From positions 62,001 through 126,000 of the IMG/VR virus record IMGVR_UViG_3300008255_000103: DNA of 64,000 bases, one strand, 5' to 3'. Below, piece after piece: positions 41,416 to 49,830 of the stretch. Origin of the DNA: an uncultured virus (IMG/VR IMGVR_UViG_3300008255_000103) (Duplodnaviria; Heunggongvirae; Uroviricota; Caudoviricetes). The notes under the pieces are model-generated. The model was not told where the DNA came from. It was given only the letters and a program-made list of their open reading frames with translations, and searched no databases. Every line of letters begins with the position of its first letter. Within the stretch, counting starts at the first letter, position 1. Position numbers and translations under genes: made by a program.

Positions 41416-42285
41416 TCACAATATAATTGGAGTTGCTGATTCTTCATATCCAACATTAAGTAACATTTCTACATTATTTGGATCAAAATCTAATGAACTA
41501 TCTATATTAAACATTTTATGTGGTTGTAGCAATCTAATCTTAATGTTTTTATATGTCTCTCCTAATTTTGCTAAATCATTTTTCAACCCACAAACCTTCA
41601 AATCTGCCCTAATTATTTCATCACTCATAATATCAACCGCTCGTAAAGCATAATCTGGTAATGCATGTTGTTTTTCTGTATTCCAATTAGATGGTAAATC
41701 TGGATTGCTACACATTATAATATCTATTTCTGTAGCACCTAAACGAATAGCCTCTCCTAATGGAGTTACATTTCTTAAACCACCATCAGACCATAGTCTT
41801 CCATTAATTTCTACTGGTAACATAAATACCGGAAAACTTGAAGACGCCGCTACCCATTTATCAAAATCTGGATCATTTTCACTTGCCATATAATATTCAC
41901 CAGTATCCCAAGCAACTGCTCCAACCCTTACCGATCTCCCTGATTCACTAATCGCCTTATTATCTAACTCTAAATTAATCCATTTTAATAAAGGACTAGA
42001 ATCATAAACAGACGGCTTCCATAATGATGCCAACCTCCCCCAAAATATCCAATCTTTTCTTACATTATCATTATTAACCCTACTCCATAATTTTGATAAA
42101 ACATTTATAGATTGTTCTGGATTGCCATATGGAATCTGAGATAAACAAGCTACATTTATCGCTCCAACACTGACTCCACATAATATTTCATAATCAATTT
42201 TATCTTCACCCATCCATCGTTTTAATGCACCAACTTGATATGCTCCCTTAACCGCACCGCCAGATAATACTAACGCTTTTTTCAC
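41416..42285 (-). CDS. Patatin-like phospholipase/acyl hydrolase
   Basis: LSGGAVKGAYQVG, GVSVG nucleophile elbow, ASSSFP, DGG. Confidence 0.92.
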   Translation of the reverse strand: MKKALVLSGGAVKGAYQVGALKRWMGEDKIDYEILCGVSVGAINVACLSQIPYGNPEQSINVLSKLWSRVNNDNVRKDWIFWGRLASLWKPSVYDSSPLLKWINLELDNKAISESGRSVRVGAVAWDTGEYYMASENDPDFDKWVAASSSFPVFMLPVEINGRLWSDGGLRNVTPLGEAIRLGATEIDIIMCSNPDLPSNWNTEKQHALPDYALRAVDIMSDEIIRADLKVCGLKNDLAKLGETYKNIKIRLLQPHKMFNIDSSLDFDPNNVEMLLNVGYEESATPIIL

Positions 42286-43064
42286 AGAAGACTCCGTTTC
42301 GAATATTGTTCCAAAATCTTGATTATTCTAAATGATAACTTTAATCCCAATCTATAGTCATCAATACCATTAATAACATCCATAAATACCTCTAAAGCAT
42401 TTGACAATGGTTTTGATGAGGACGGAATAGAATCATCATAAACATATCTTGGATACGAATCTATTGACAATTTTCTTTGTTTAAATAACCCCCCATTACC
42501 AACAATACTAATAGTTTTTAATTTATCAAACAGTAATTCAATACTATAAATCTCTCCATTTAGATATGGATACTTATTAATGTAAACTGATTTAGGATCT
42601 TTGTTTAACAAATCCAATATCATAGATAAATCATGAGGACCATAATCCCATAAACTAGAGTAATCTCTATAAGGACCAGTATTAAATCCTGCTGAAGAAA
42701 TACTCTTAATAGAATTAATATCAATTACGTTTTTTATATATTGATATTGTTTAGAAAACAAATGAATATGATTTACCAATATTGGTGCTGAAAATTTCTC
42801 TAATTCCATAGCTTCAGATAAAGATAAGCTCAATGGCTTTTCAATCATAGTTGGAATATCTTTTTCTAATGAATAACTGGCAATCTCTATATGAGATTGC
42901 GGAGGCGTACAAACAATCACACCATCAGGATTTTCATCTATTAATTGCTTCCAGTTATGTCGGTTTGCAACAGTTAAATTAACATTAAAATCTTCTAATG
43001 TTTTAATATAGTTTTTACCCCAAACTCCAGAACCAATTAGCAATAATTTAGTGCTTGGCATCAT
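42282..43064 (-). CDS. Gfo/Idh/MocA family oxidoreductase (NDP-sugar ketoreductase candidate)
   Basis: IGSGVWGKNY, VCTPPQSH, IEKPL, WDYGPHD. Confidence 0.88.
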   Translation of the reverse strand: MMPSTKLLLIGSGVWGKNYIKTLEDFNVNLTVANRHNWKQLIDENPDGVIVCTPPQSHIEIASYSLEKDIPTMIEKPLSLSLSEAMELEKFSAPILVNHIHLFSKQYQYIKNVIDINSIKSISSAGFNTGPYRDYSSLWDYGPHDLSMILDLLNKDPKSVYINKYPYLNGEIYSIELLFDKLKTISIVGNGGLFKQRKLSIDSYPRYVYDDSIPSSSKPLSNALEVFMDVINGIDDYRLGLKLSFRIIKILEQYSKRSLL

Positions 43065-43983
43065 CTAAATACCAATTAACACATTCTTCCAAACCTTTTT
43101 CAAAAGTATAGCTTGGTTTCCATCCTAATTCTAAAATCTTAGAGTTATCTATAGAATATCTAAAATCATGTCCGGGTCTATCCGCAACATGTTTTATTAA
43201 ATCTCCACTATACCCTATAAGATAACAGATATTAGTAACCATCTCTACATTAGTACACTCATTGCCAGATCCAATATTGTAAATTTCATTTACTTTACCA
43301 TTATTTATTAAAAACATAATAGCGTTACAATGATCATTAACATACAACCATTCTCGTATTTGTTCTCCGCTACCATGTATAGGTATGTTTTGGCGAGCCA
43401 AAACTGATGTTATTATTTTGGGAACAAGGTTCCTTGGTGGCTGGCGCGGTCCAAAATTATTACAGCACCTGGTAATAATATAATTTAAACCATGGGTTTG
43501 ATTGGCTGCCTTAACAATTAATTCACCAGCTGCCTTAGATGCTGAATATGGATTCCTTGGATTAATTGGATCTTTTTCCGTCCACGATTTATCATGTTGA
43601 GATTCTAATTGTCCATATACCTCATCTGTGCTAACATACATTAGCTTTTCAACATGAAACTTCATACACATATCAACAACAATTTGGGTTCCAAGAACAT
43701 TTGAATGTATAAATGGCAATGCTTTTTTAATGGAATTGTCAACAAACGATTCTGCAGCACCATGAATAACAATATCTGGTTTTTCTATCGCAAATACTCT
43801 ATCCATAAAATGAACATCAGCAATATCACCAATATGTAGTTTATATTTCGGATCAACATTTTTTAAATTATGTTCTTCAATAAGCTTATCAACGCCTACA
43901 AATTCATAATCTACATTTTTAATTGTTCTAACAAAATTAGAAAATATAAAACCACAGGTACCAGTTACTAATACTTTCTTCAT
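43048..43983 (-). CDS. rmlB: dTDP-glucose 4,6-dehydratase
   Basis: VLVTGTCGFI, AAESFVDNSI, STDEVYG, YSASK, TRCCNNFGPRQ, DRPGHDFRY; likely start is ATG 43983 overlapping the upstream TGA. Confidence 0.9.
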   Translation of the reverse strand: MKKVLVTGTCGFIFSNFVRTIKNVDYEFVGVDKLIEEHNLKNVDPKYKLHIGDIADVHFMDRVFAIEKPDIVIHGAAESFVDNSIKKALPFIHSNVLGTQIVVDMCMKFHVEKLMYVSTDEVYGQLESQHDKSWTEKDPINPRNPYSASKAAGELIVKAANQTHGLNYIITRCCNNFGPRQPPRNLVPKIITSVLARQNIPIHGSGEQIREWLYVNDHCNAIMFLINNGKVNEIYNIGSGNECTNVEMVTNICYLIGYSGDLIKHVADRPGHDFRYSIDNSKILELGWKPSYTFEKGLEECVNWYLDDAKH

Positions 43984-45191
43984 ATTTTTATGTACTCCGT
44001 TATTTGTGGTAATGGTATAATCCAATTTCCCTCAAATTTTTCATGATTAGACATTATAGATTCTGCAAAATTCCAACCCAATATTAAAACCCAGTCTGGT
44101 TTTCTTTTATACAATTCATCTGGAGAGTAAATTGGTATCTGCTTGCCTGGAGTAAATAATCCTTGTTTCAAAACCGCATCATCAACAGCAAAATCAATCA
44201 ACGATTCATCTAAATCAAATCCATACAGCAATGTTGTGGCTTTTGCTGGAACACCATATATAGCAATAGAATATCCTTTTTCTTTTAATTTTGCTAATCT
44301 TTCAGTTAATGTCTTTTTAATTCTAGAAAACTTATTTACAAAAAATTCTTGTTTTAAATTTATATCTTTTTCTAATTTTAATAAATCAAGAACACTATTT
44401 TCTATTTGTCTATCATCTTGACACACATACACTCTAATAGACCCGCCATGATTTGGAAGCCTCTCTACTCTATAAATATTCATTCCATGTTTTTCAAAAA
44501 AATTAGATAATGGAGTAATTGAATGTTGATGTATATGCTCATGATAAATAATATCAAAAATACACTTTTCATACATATCAACAAGATACGTGTTTTCAAA
44601 TATAAATGTACCATTATTTTGTAATAACTGTTTTACCCCAATAACAATGTTATGTAAATCTTCATTATGAGCAAACATATTATTACACGTTATAACTTTC
44701 GCCTTCCCTAAACTTGAAGATATTGTATGTGCTAAATCTGGATTGAAAAAACTACATTCAGTAGGAATCCCATTTTGTCTTGCTATTTCAACTATATTTT
44801 CAGCAGGATCAATACCCAACACATTAATTTGATATTCCAGAAATGGTTTAAGAAAAGTACCATCATTGCTACCAATGTCAATAACTAAATCTTCTTGTGT
44901 AAGATCAAAATCTTTAATAACACCCTTAGCATAATCTTCAAAATGTTTTACATTAACTGAACTTGTTCCAGATACATATAGATATTTCTTAAACATTCTG
45001 TCTAAGCTTACTACACAATCTAATTGAACATGTCCGCACTCCTGACATTTTACAAGATTCAATGGAAACAAATCTTGAGTTTCTTTTTTATCAAGAAACT
45101 CATTTGCTAACGGCGTACTACCCAGAGAAAATATCTCTTCCACATTACCTCCGCAAAGAAGGCATCGTTTTAATATATTACAATCTTTCAT
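43980..45191 (-). CDS. NDP-hexose C-methyltransferase (N-terminal Zn site, SAM domain, C-terminal domain)
   Basis: CLLC...PLAN...CQECGHVQL, DIGSNDG, IYHEH, HGGSIR, YGVPAKATT, KQGLFTPG, LGWNF. Confidence 0.9.
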   Translation of the reverse strand: MKDCNILKRCLLCGGNVEEIFSLGSTPLANEFLDKKETQDLFPLNLVKCQECGHVQLDCVVSLDRMFKKYLYVSGTSSVNVKHFEDYAKGVIKDFDLTQEDLVIDIGSNDGTFLKPFLEYQINVLGIDPAENIVEIARQNGIPTECSFFNPDLAHTISSSLGKAKVITCNNMFAHNEDLHNIVIGVKQLLQNNGTFIFENTYLVDMYEKCIFDIIYHEHIHQHSITPLSNFFEKHGMNIYRVERLPNHGGSIRVYVCQDDRQIENSVLDLLKLEKDINLKQEFFVNKFSRIKKTLTERLAKLKEKGYSIAIYGVPAKATTLLYGFDLDESLIDFAVDDAVLKQGLFTPGKQIPIYSPDELYKRKPDWVLILGWNFAESIMSNHEKFEGNWIIPLPQITEYIKI

Positions 45192-45192
45192 T

Positions 45193-45612
45193 TTAAAATT
45201 CTACTCTTACTAAATCTTGTTCATGATGCTCATGATCTCTAATATTTTTTGCAAATGAAACCATAACAGTATCTTCTAAAAATTCAGTTTTATGAACTTG
45301 CATTGGTGGAGTAAAAACCATTTGTCCAGCTGTAACTAATAATGGATCAACATCACCAGAACCTTCAACATCTCTTTCATAATAATTCATAGAACCAGAA
45401 ATAATATATAAATAATGCCAATCTGTTTTATGATAATGATTTGATCTTACCGTTCCCGCTTTACTTGTAATTATTGCAACGCTATTAATTGGTATTAATA
45501 ATAGATTTTGAATAACCCCTCTTTTATCTATAAAAGGAGCATCTAAAGGTATAATTTTTTCTACAGGATAATAACCTTTATCGATTGCTTCTGTAATTTC
45601 TCTGTTATTCAA
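45193..45612 (-). CDS. Cupin-fold NDP-sugar isomerase/epimerase (FdtA/RmlC-like)
   Basis: FIDKRGVI...VRSNHYHK...HYLYIISG...PPMQVH. Confidence 0.75.
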   Translation of the reverse strand: MNNREITEAIDKGYYPVEKIIPLDAPFIDKRGVIQNLLLIPINSVAIITSKAGTVRSNHYHKTDWHYLYIISGSMNYYERDVEGSGDVDPLLVTAGQMVFTPPMQVHKTEFLEDTVMVSFAKNIRDHEHHEQDLVRVEF

Positions 45613-45613
45613 A

Positions 45614-46744
45614 TCATCCTACTTTCTTGTTTGCAGAAATTACATCCTGCATTTTTAAAGCAATTTTTTCCCAAGAATGTTTATAAGCAAATATTCTGCA
45701 CTTATCTATAACACTATCTGCAAACCTTTTGTCTGTAAGACCTTTGATAACTGCATTAGTAAATTCTTCTAAATGATCCCTAACTGGACTTTTTATAACA
45801 ATTGCTCCAGAATTATTATAGATTGAGCCTAAACAATCAGCATCCGTAATAACTGGCACCGAAAACCCTGCTAAATTTTCAAGTGTACTTACTGAAAATC
45901 CTTCACTAAATGTAGCGAGATCGGCTGGATATGCAAATACAGACGCTTCACTTACTTCTTGAGCTAATTGCCTCCTATTTACTGATCCTACAAATTCAAC
46001 ATCTAAAGGCTTTAATTTTTTAATGGCTTCTCTAACATATCTAACTCTATTTGCTATTTCAACCATATAAGGTTGCAATGTTGTACAATTAGGTTCGATT
46101 GACATAAGATTATCAAACTCAAAATGATAAAAAATACGCAAATTAGCTTCTGGTACGGCTGCTTTTATCTTAGACCATTCTTGAAGTAACCAATGAAGTC
46201 CTCTATCAGCAGATGACGTCCAAATCACTCTACCAGGAACTCTTTTATCAGAATAAATAGAAGGATCGCACCCTAATGGAACAACTCCCCATTTACCAGG
46301 ATTTACTAATTGCTTGGTCAAATGTTCTAAAAGCATTTGACTAGGAGCCAACCATAAATCTACAACTTCATCAAATCCAGCTTGACAAAAATTAAAATCA
46401 TTCAAGAATTGCCAACATACTTTTAATGCATTTGTTTTTAATGCTCTCAAAGCATCAGGTTCATTAATAGATAATACAACATCAAAACTATCATCAATAA
46501 TTTTGGTTCTTTCACCATAGTTATAGAGTTTTACATTTTCCCAAACAGAAGGTTTGTTATGTGGTTCTGCATGCACTGTAAATAAAGACACATCATTGCC
46601 TAATTTCTGTAATTCCTTACTAATCATGACAGTGCTAAGATCTGTACCTGTTAAACCTCTTGGATTTATCCAAATATTCTCATAATGAAAATCTAATGGA
46701 CGAGAACCAACACTAAATATACCTAAGATAATGGCAACTTTCAT
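45614..46744 (-). CDS. Glycosyltransferase (GT-B, GT4-like)
   Basis: GLTGTD, SSADRGL, FAYP...SEGFSVSTLE. Confidence 0.8.
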   Translation of the reverse strand: MKVAIILGIFSVGSRPLDFHYENIWINPRGLTGTDLSTVMISKELQKLGNDVSLFTVHAEPHNKPSVWENVKLYNYGERTKIIDDSFDVVLSINEPDALRALKTNALKVCWQFLNDFNFCQAGFDEVVDLWLAPSQMLLEHLTKQLVNPGKWGVVPLGCDPSIYSDKRVPGRVIWTSSADRGLHWLLQEWSKIKAAVPEANLRIFYHFEFDNLMSIEPNCTTLQPYMVEIANRVRYVREAIKKLKPLDVEFVGSVNRRQLAQEVSEASVFAYPADLATFSEGFSVSTLENLAGFSVPVITDADCLGSIYNNSGAIVIKSPVRDHLEEFTNAVIKGLTDKRFADSVIDKCRIFAYKHSWEKIALKMQDVISANKKVG

Positions 46745-46747
46745 AAG

Positions 46748-48046
46748 TTATTCCTTTGGAAAAGCATATAACATAACACAAGGATCTCTTTGTATTTCTT
46801 CGAATTCATAATTTCCTAAAGACGATATCATCTTTTTTATATTAGGAACTATTTTAGAATCTAAAAATATATGGCATTCAACAAATAGTTTTGGTTTAAA
46901 TCTACTAATTGTTAGCATGCCGCCTTTTATAACATGCTCTTCTGCGCCCTCAACATCTATTTTTATCCAATCAAGCTTATTAATCATGTTTGTTTTAGTA
47001 AGTTGATCTAAAGTTTTCATGCTATAATCTTCTGAAATAGAGAACTTTGGCCAATGTGGAGCATATTCCTTCATATCAACCGTTGTTTCTGAACTCCATA
47101 AGCCAATATTAAAAGCAAAACATTTATCTTGCCAATTATTTAATTCTATATTTGAAACAAGATCGCAATATACTGATTTTTCAGGTTCAAATGCATAAAC
47201 TGTTGCTCCCATTGCTCTCGCAGTTAATGCATATGAGCCATATGATGCCCCAATATCAAAAACAACATCATCCGATTTTATTTTCCAATATTTATCTCTC
47301 AATTCTGCTTCTTCTGAATCAAAAGTAAAATAAGAATAATCTGGATGAGTGCTGCCCTTCATTATTTCAAATTGATTGCCATTAAAAATCTGTTTTTTAG
47401 TTTCCATTTGTTTTCCCATAGCATTTAAAGCATTTTGTATCTGCTCTCTGGAATAAAGATTCATTTTTCTTATTGGAAATTTGCCATTTTGATCTGAATC
47501 ATCAATAAAATCTATTGGGTCTGGAAAATTAAATGGTTCCAACTTCCAATTTATCTCTTTAAAATCACCATCTGCTAAAAGATTAATATTTTTAATACAA
47601 TTAGGATGATTACTCATCAAAATATAAGGTATATTACTTCTTACAAAATTTGATAATGCAGCGACTTTATTTTTTGTTGATAAATGAAACAAACAATCTC
47701 GGCAAAATAATAAATCTGCCATTGGCAAAACATCTTCTGTTATATCTAAATGAACAAACTCTTTATCTGGATAATTCTGTTTATTAAATTCTATTTGACT
47801 AAGTACAATATCAGCTCCAATATATTTAATATTGCCAAATTTTAAAGTACTCATCCAGTTAAAATTACCACATGGACAATCAAAAATACTTTTGATATTA
47901 TGTTTAATTAAAAATGGAATAAAACCATGTCTAATACTAAATGTATAATCTAATGTACTGCCAGGTCCACAATGACCGTCTGCTTTATAGTCTTTAGTTA
48001 TATCATATTTTTTGGATATTTGTTCTAGAATCTTATTCATTACCAA
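46748..48046 (-). CDS. Two-domain methyltransferase (class I SAM domain + FkbM family)
   Basis: GPGSTL...FDCPCGNFNWM...YIGADIV; second half VFDIGASYG, AFEPE, KIDVEGAE. Confidence 0.85.
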   Translation of the reverse strand: MVMNKILEQISKKYDITKDYKADGHCGPGSTLDYTFSIRHGFIPFLIKHNIKSIFDCPCGNFNWMSTLKFGNIKYIGADIVLSQIEFNKQNYPDKEFVHLDITEDVLPMADLLFCRDCLFHLSTKNKVAALSNFVRSNIPYILMSNHPNCIKNINLLADGDFKEINWKLEPFNFPDPIDFIDDSDQNGKFPIRKMNLYSREQIQNALNAMGKQMETKKQIFNGNQFEIMKGSTHPDYSYFTFDSEEAELRDKYWKIKSDDVVFDIGASYGSYALTARAMGATVYAFEPEKSVYCDLVSNIELNNWQDKCFAFNIGLWSSETTVDMKEYAPHWPKFSISEDYSMKTLDQLTKTNMINKLDWIKIDVEGAEEHVIKGGMLTISRFKPKLFVECHIFLDSKIVPNIKKMISSLGNYEFEEIQRDPCVMLYAFPKE

Positions 48047-49143
48047 TTAATTCCATTCTTAATCATTTCATATTCTGCAAGATAAGATTTTGCCATAACA
48101 TGTCGATCAAAACGAATAATCGCATGCTCTCGGCAAACTTTAGGATCAATATTATCTATCAACTTAATTGCAGATACAAAATCTTCTACATTAGAGTCGC
48201 ATAAGTAACCAGTTACACCATGTGTTATTGTTTCTAGTAAAGCCCCAATCCTAGTACATATAACTGGAGTTCCACAAGCCAAAGCTTCTGGTTGTTGTAA
48301 TCCAAAAGGCTCTTGAAATTGAACTGTATTTATAAATGCTTTTGCTTGTTGATATAATTCTCGTTTAGCTTCATGATGATAAGGGTCGCCAGGAAGCCAC
48401 TCAAAAGTTATATTTGGATAATCTGATGCTAAATCAACAGCTTGATAAGCGCATTTTTTTTGATAAGCACATGAGATTCTATCTGGATGATCTCCTGCCA
48501 TAATCAAATTTATTCCTGATTTCTTAGCAACCTCAATTGCTAATCTATAACCCCTAACTTCATGCCACCTTCCTAACCACAAAAAATAGTCTTTTTTGTC
48601 ATAAGTTGGAGTATACCAGTCTGTATTTATTCCATAATAACTTACATGTGCATTTTTAACTGGTTCATAGCTTTGCTTTCCAAAATAAGGCACATTGGTA
48701 TTTTCATAATCTGTAGCACCTCTTAATGCTCGGTCTCTCATATTAACTGATGAACATACAATATTATAAGCTGGATTTGGATGATCCCAAACACCACCAA
48801 GAGGAGATGATATAACATTTCGTTTTCCTTCAGCATATAATATTTCTGCAATACGTTTTTTTATGCTAAAATCATGAATAACATCTAAGTTACGTAACAC
48901 TTCAGCATGCATTTCAAAACACTGTTGTTCACATGTCTCACCAGTAGGAACATCTTGTCCATCAGAGCACGGCATCTCAAATAATTTAACACCATCAATA
49001 CATTTTGTTCCAAATGGAGCAAATAAACTAATTTCATGTCCCATTTCAACTAAACAATATACAAGGTCTAATATAAAGAACTCTCCTGAATGTTTAGGAG
49101 ATGGTATTGGATGAAAATGTGTTGCAATTATTCCTATTTTCAT
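48040..49143 (-). CDS. Glycosyltransferase family 4
   Basis: GHEISLFA, LWLGR...RG, EPFGLQQPEALACGTPVI. Confidence 0.9.
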   Translation of the reverse strand: MKIGIIATHFHPIPSPKHSGEFFILDLVYCLVEMGHEISLFAPFGTKCIDGVKLFEMPCSDGQDVPTGETCEQQCFEMHAEVLRNLDVIHDFSIKKRIAEILYAEGKRNVISSPLGGVWDHPNPAYNIVCSSVNMRDRALRGATDYENTNVPYFGKQSYEPVKNAHVSYYGINTDWYTPTYDKKDYFLWLGRWHEVRGYRLAIEVAKKSGINLIMAGDHPDRISCAYQKKCAYQAVDLASDYPNITFEWLPGDPYHHEAKRELYQQAKAFINTVQFQEPFGLQQPEALACGTPVICTRIGALLETITHGVTGYLCDSNVEDFVSAIKLIDNIDPKVCREHAIIRFDRHVMAKSYLAEYEMIKNGINW

Positions 49144-49829
49144 TTGATTGCTTCCGAAATAAAACTATGCGTCATGCCTGCATCTACTATAACGTTAGCC
49201 ATATTGGGATCTTTACTTTTGCCAGACATATTGTAAAATTCTATTTTCTTAAAATTTGCTTCAGACAAAAATTTGGTCATAGAACTTTTATTATACATAC
49301 ACATATGTCCTTCATAGAAATCCCAAGTACAATTCTCGCCACAAGCGCCAAACATTAAATAAGATAACTGTAATGAAGGCTCTGCGTTACTATAAAATAG
49401 TGGTTGCTCACTAGCAAACTTATACATTTTATTATTTATGTAAGCATCTATTAAAATATCTAAATCTGGAGTTGTTATCCTGATAACTCCACCAGGCTTT
49501 AGCATTCTATAACATTCTTTTAATAATCTTGGCACTTCAAAAATTGGATTTAAATGTTCAATTACTTGACCAATATAAATAGAAGTAATACTATTATCTT
49601 CATGTTGCGCAAATCCTTGTCTTAAATCATGAATGCGGAAATCAAAATCTTCGCCATTTTTAAGAAATTTTACACATTGTTGAACACTTTCGGCATACAT
49701 GCTCAAATCACTATTTACACTTGTTCTTAAAAAATGTAAATAAGTTGCGAAATCAGCACGATCATAGTTAATCCATGTTGTTGGTAACATAATTGGACCA
49801 CAACCAATATTTAATCTTACTTCTTGCAT
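49140..49829 (-). CDS. Class I SAM-dependent methyltransferase
   Basis: LNIGCG, HDLR, VIEHL...ECYRMLKPGGVIRITTPD. Confidence 0.85.
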   Translation of the reverse strand: MQEVRLNIGCGPIMLPTTWINYDRADFATYLHFLRTSVNSDLSMYAESVQQCVKFLKNGEDFDFRIHDLRQGFAQHEDNSITSIYIGQVIEHLNPIFEVPRLLKECYRMLKPGGVIRITTPDLDILIDAYINNKMYKFASEQPLFYSNAEPSLQLSYLMFGACGENCTWDFYEGHMCMYNKSSMTKFLSEANFKKIEFYNMSGKSKDPNMANVIVDAGMTHSFISEAIK

Positions 49830-49830
49830 C

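Noticed and set aside
41416..42285. CBASS-like defence system built on the patatin
   Set aside because: No CD-NTase or Cap accessory genes are adjacent; the only nucleotidyltransferase is a clear class II CCA enzyme 16 kb away.
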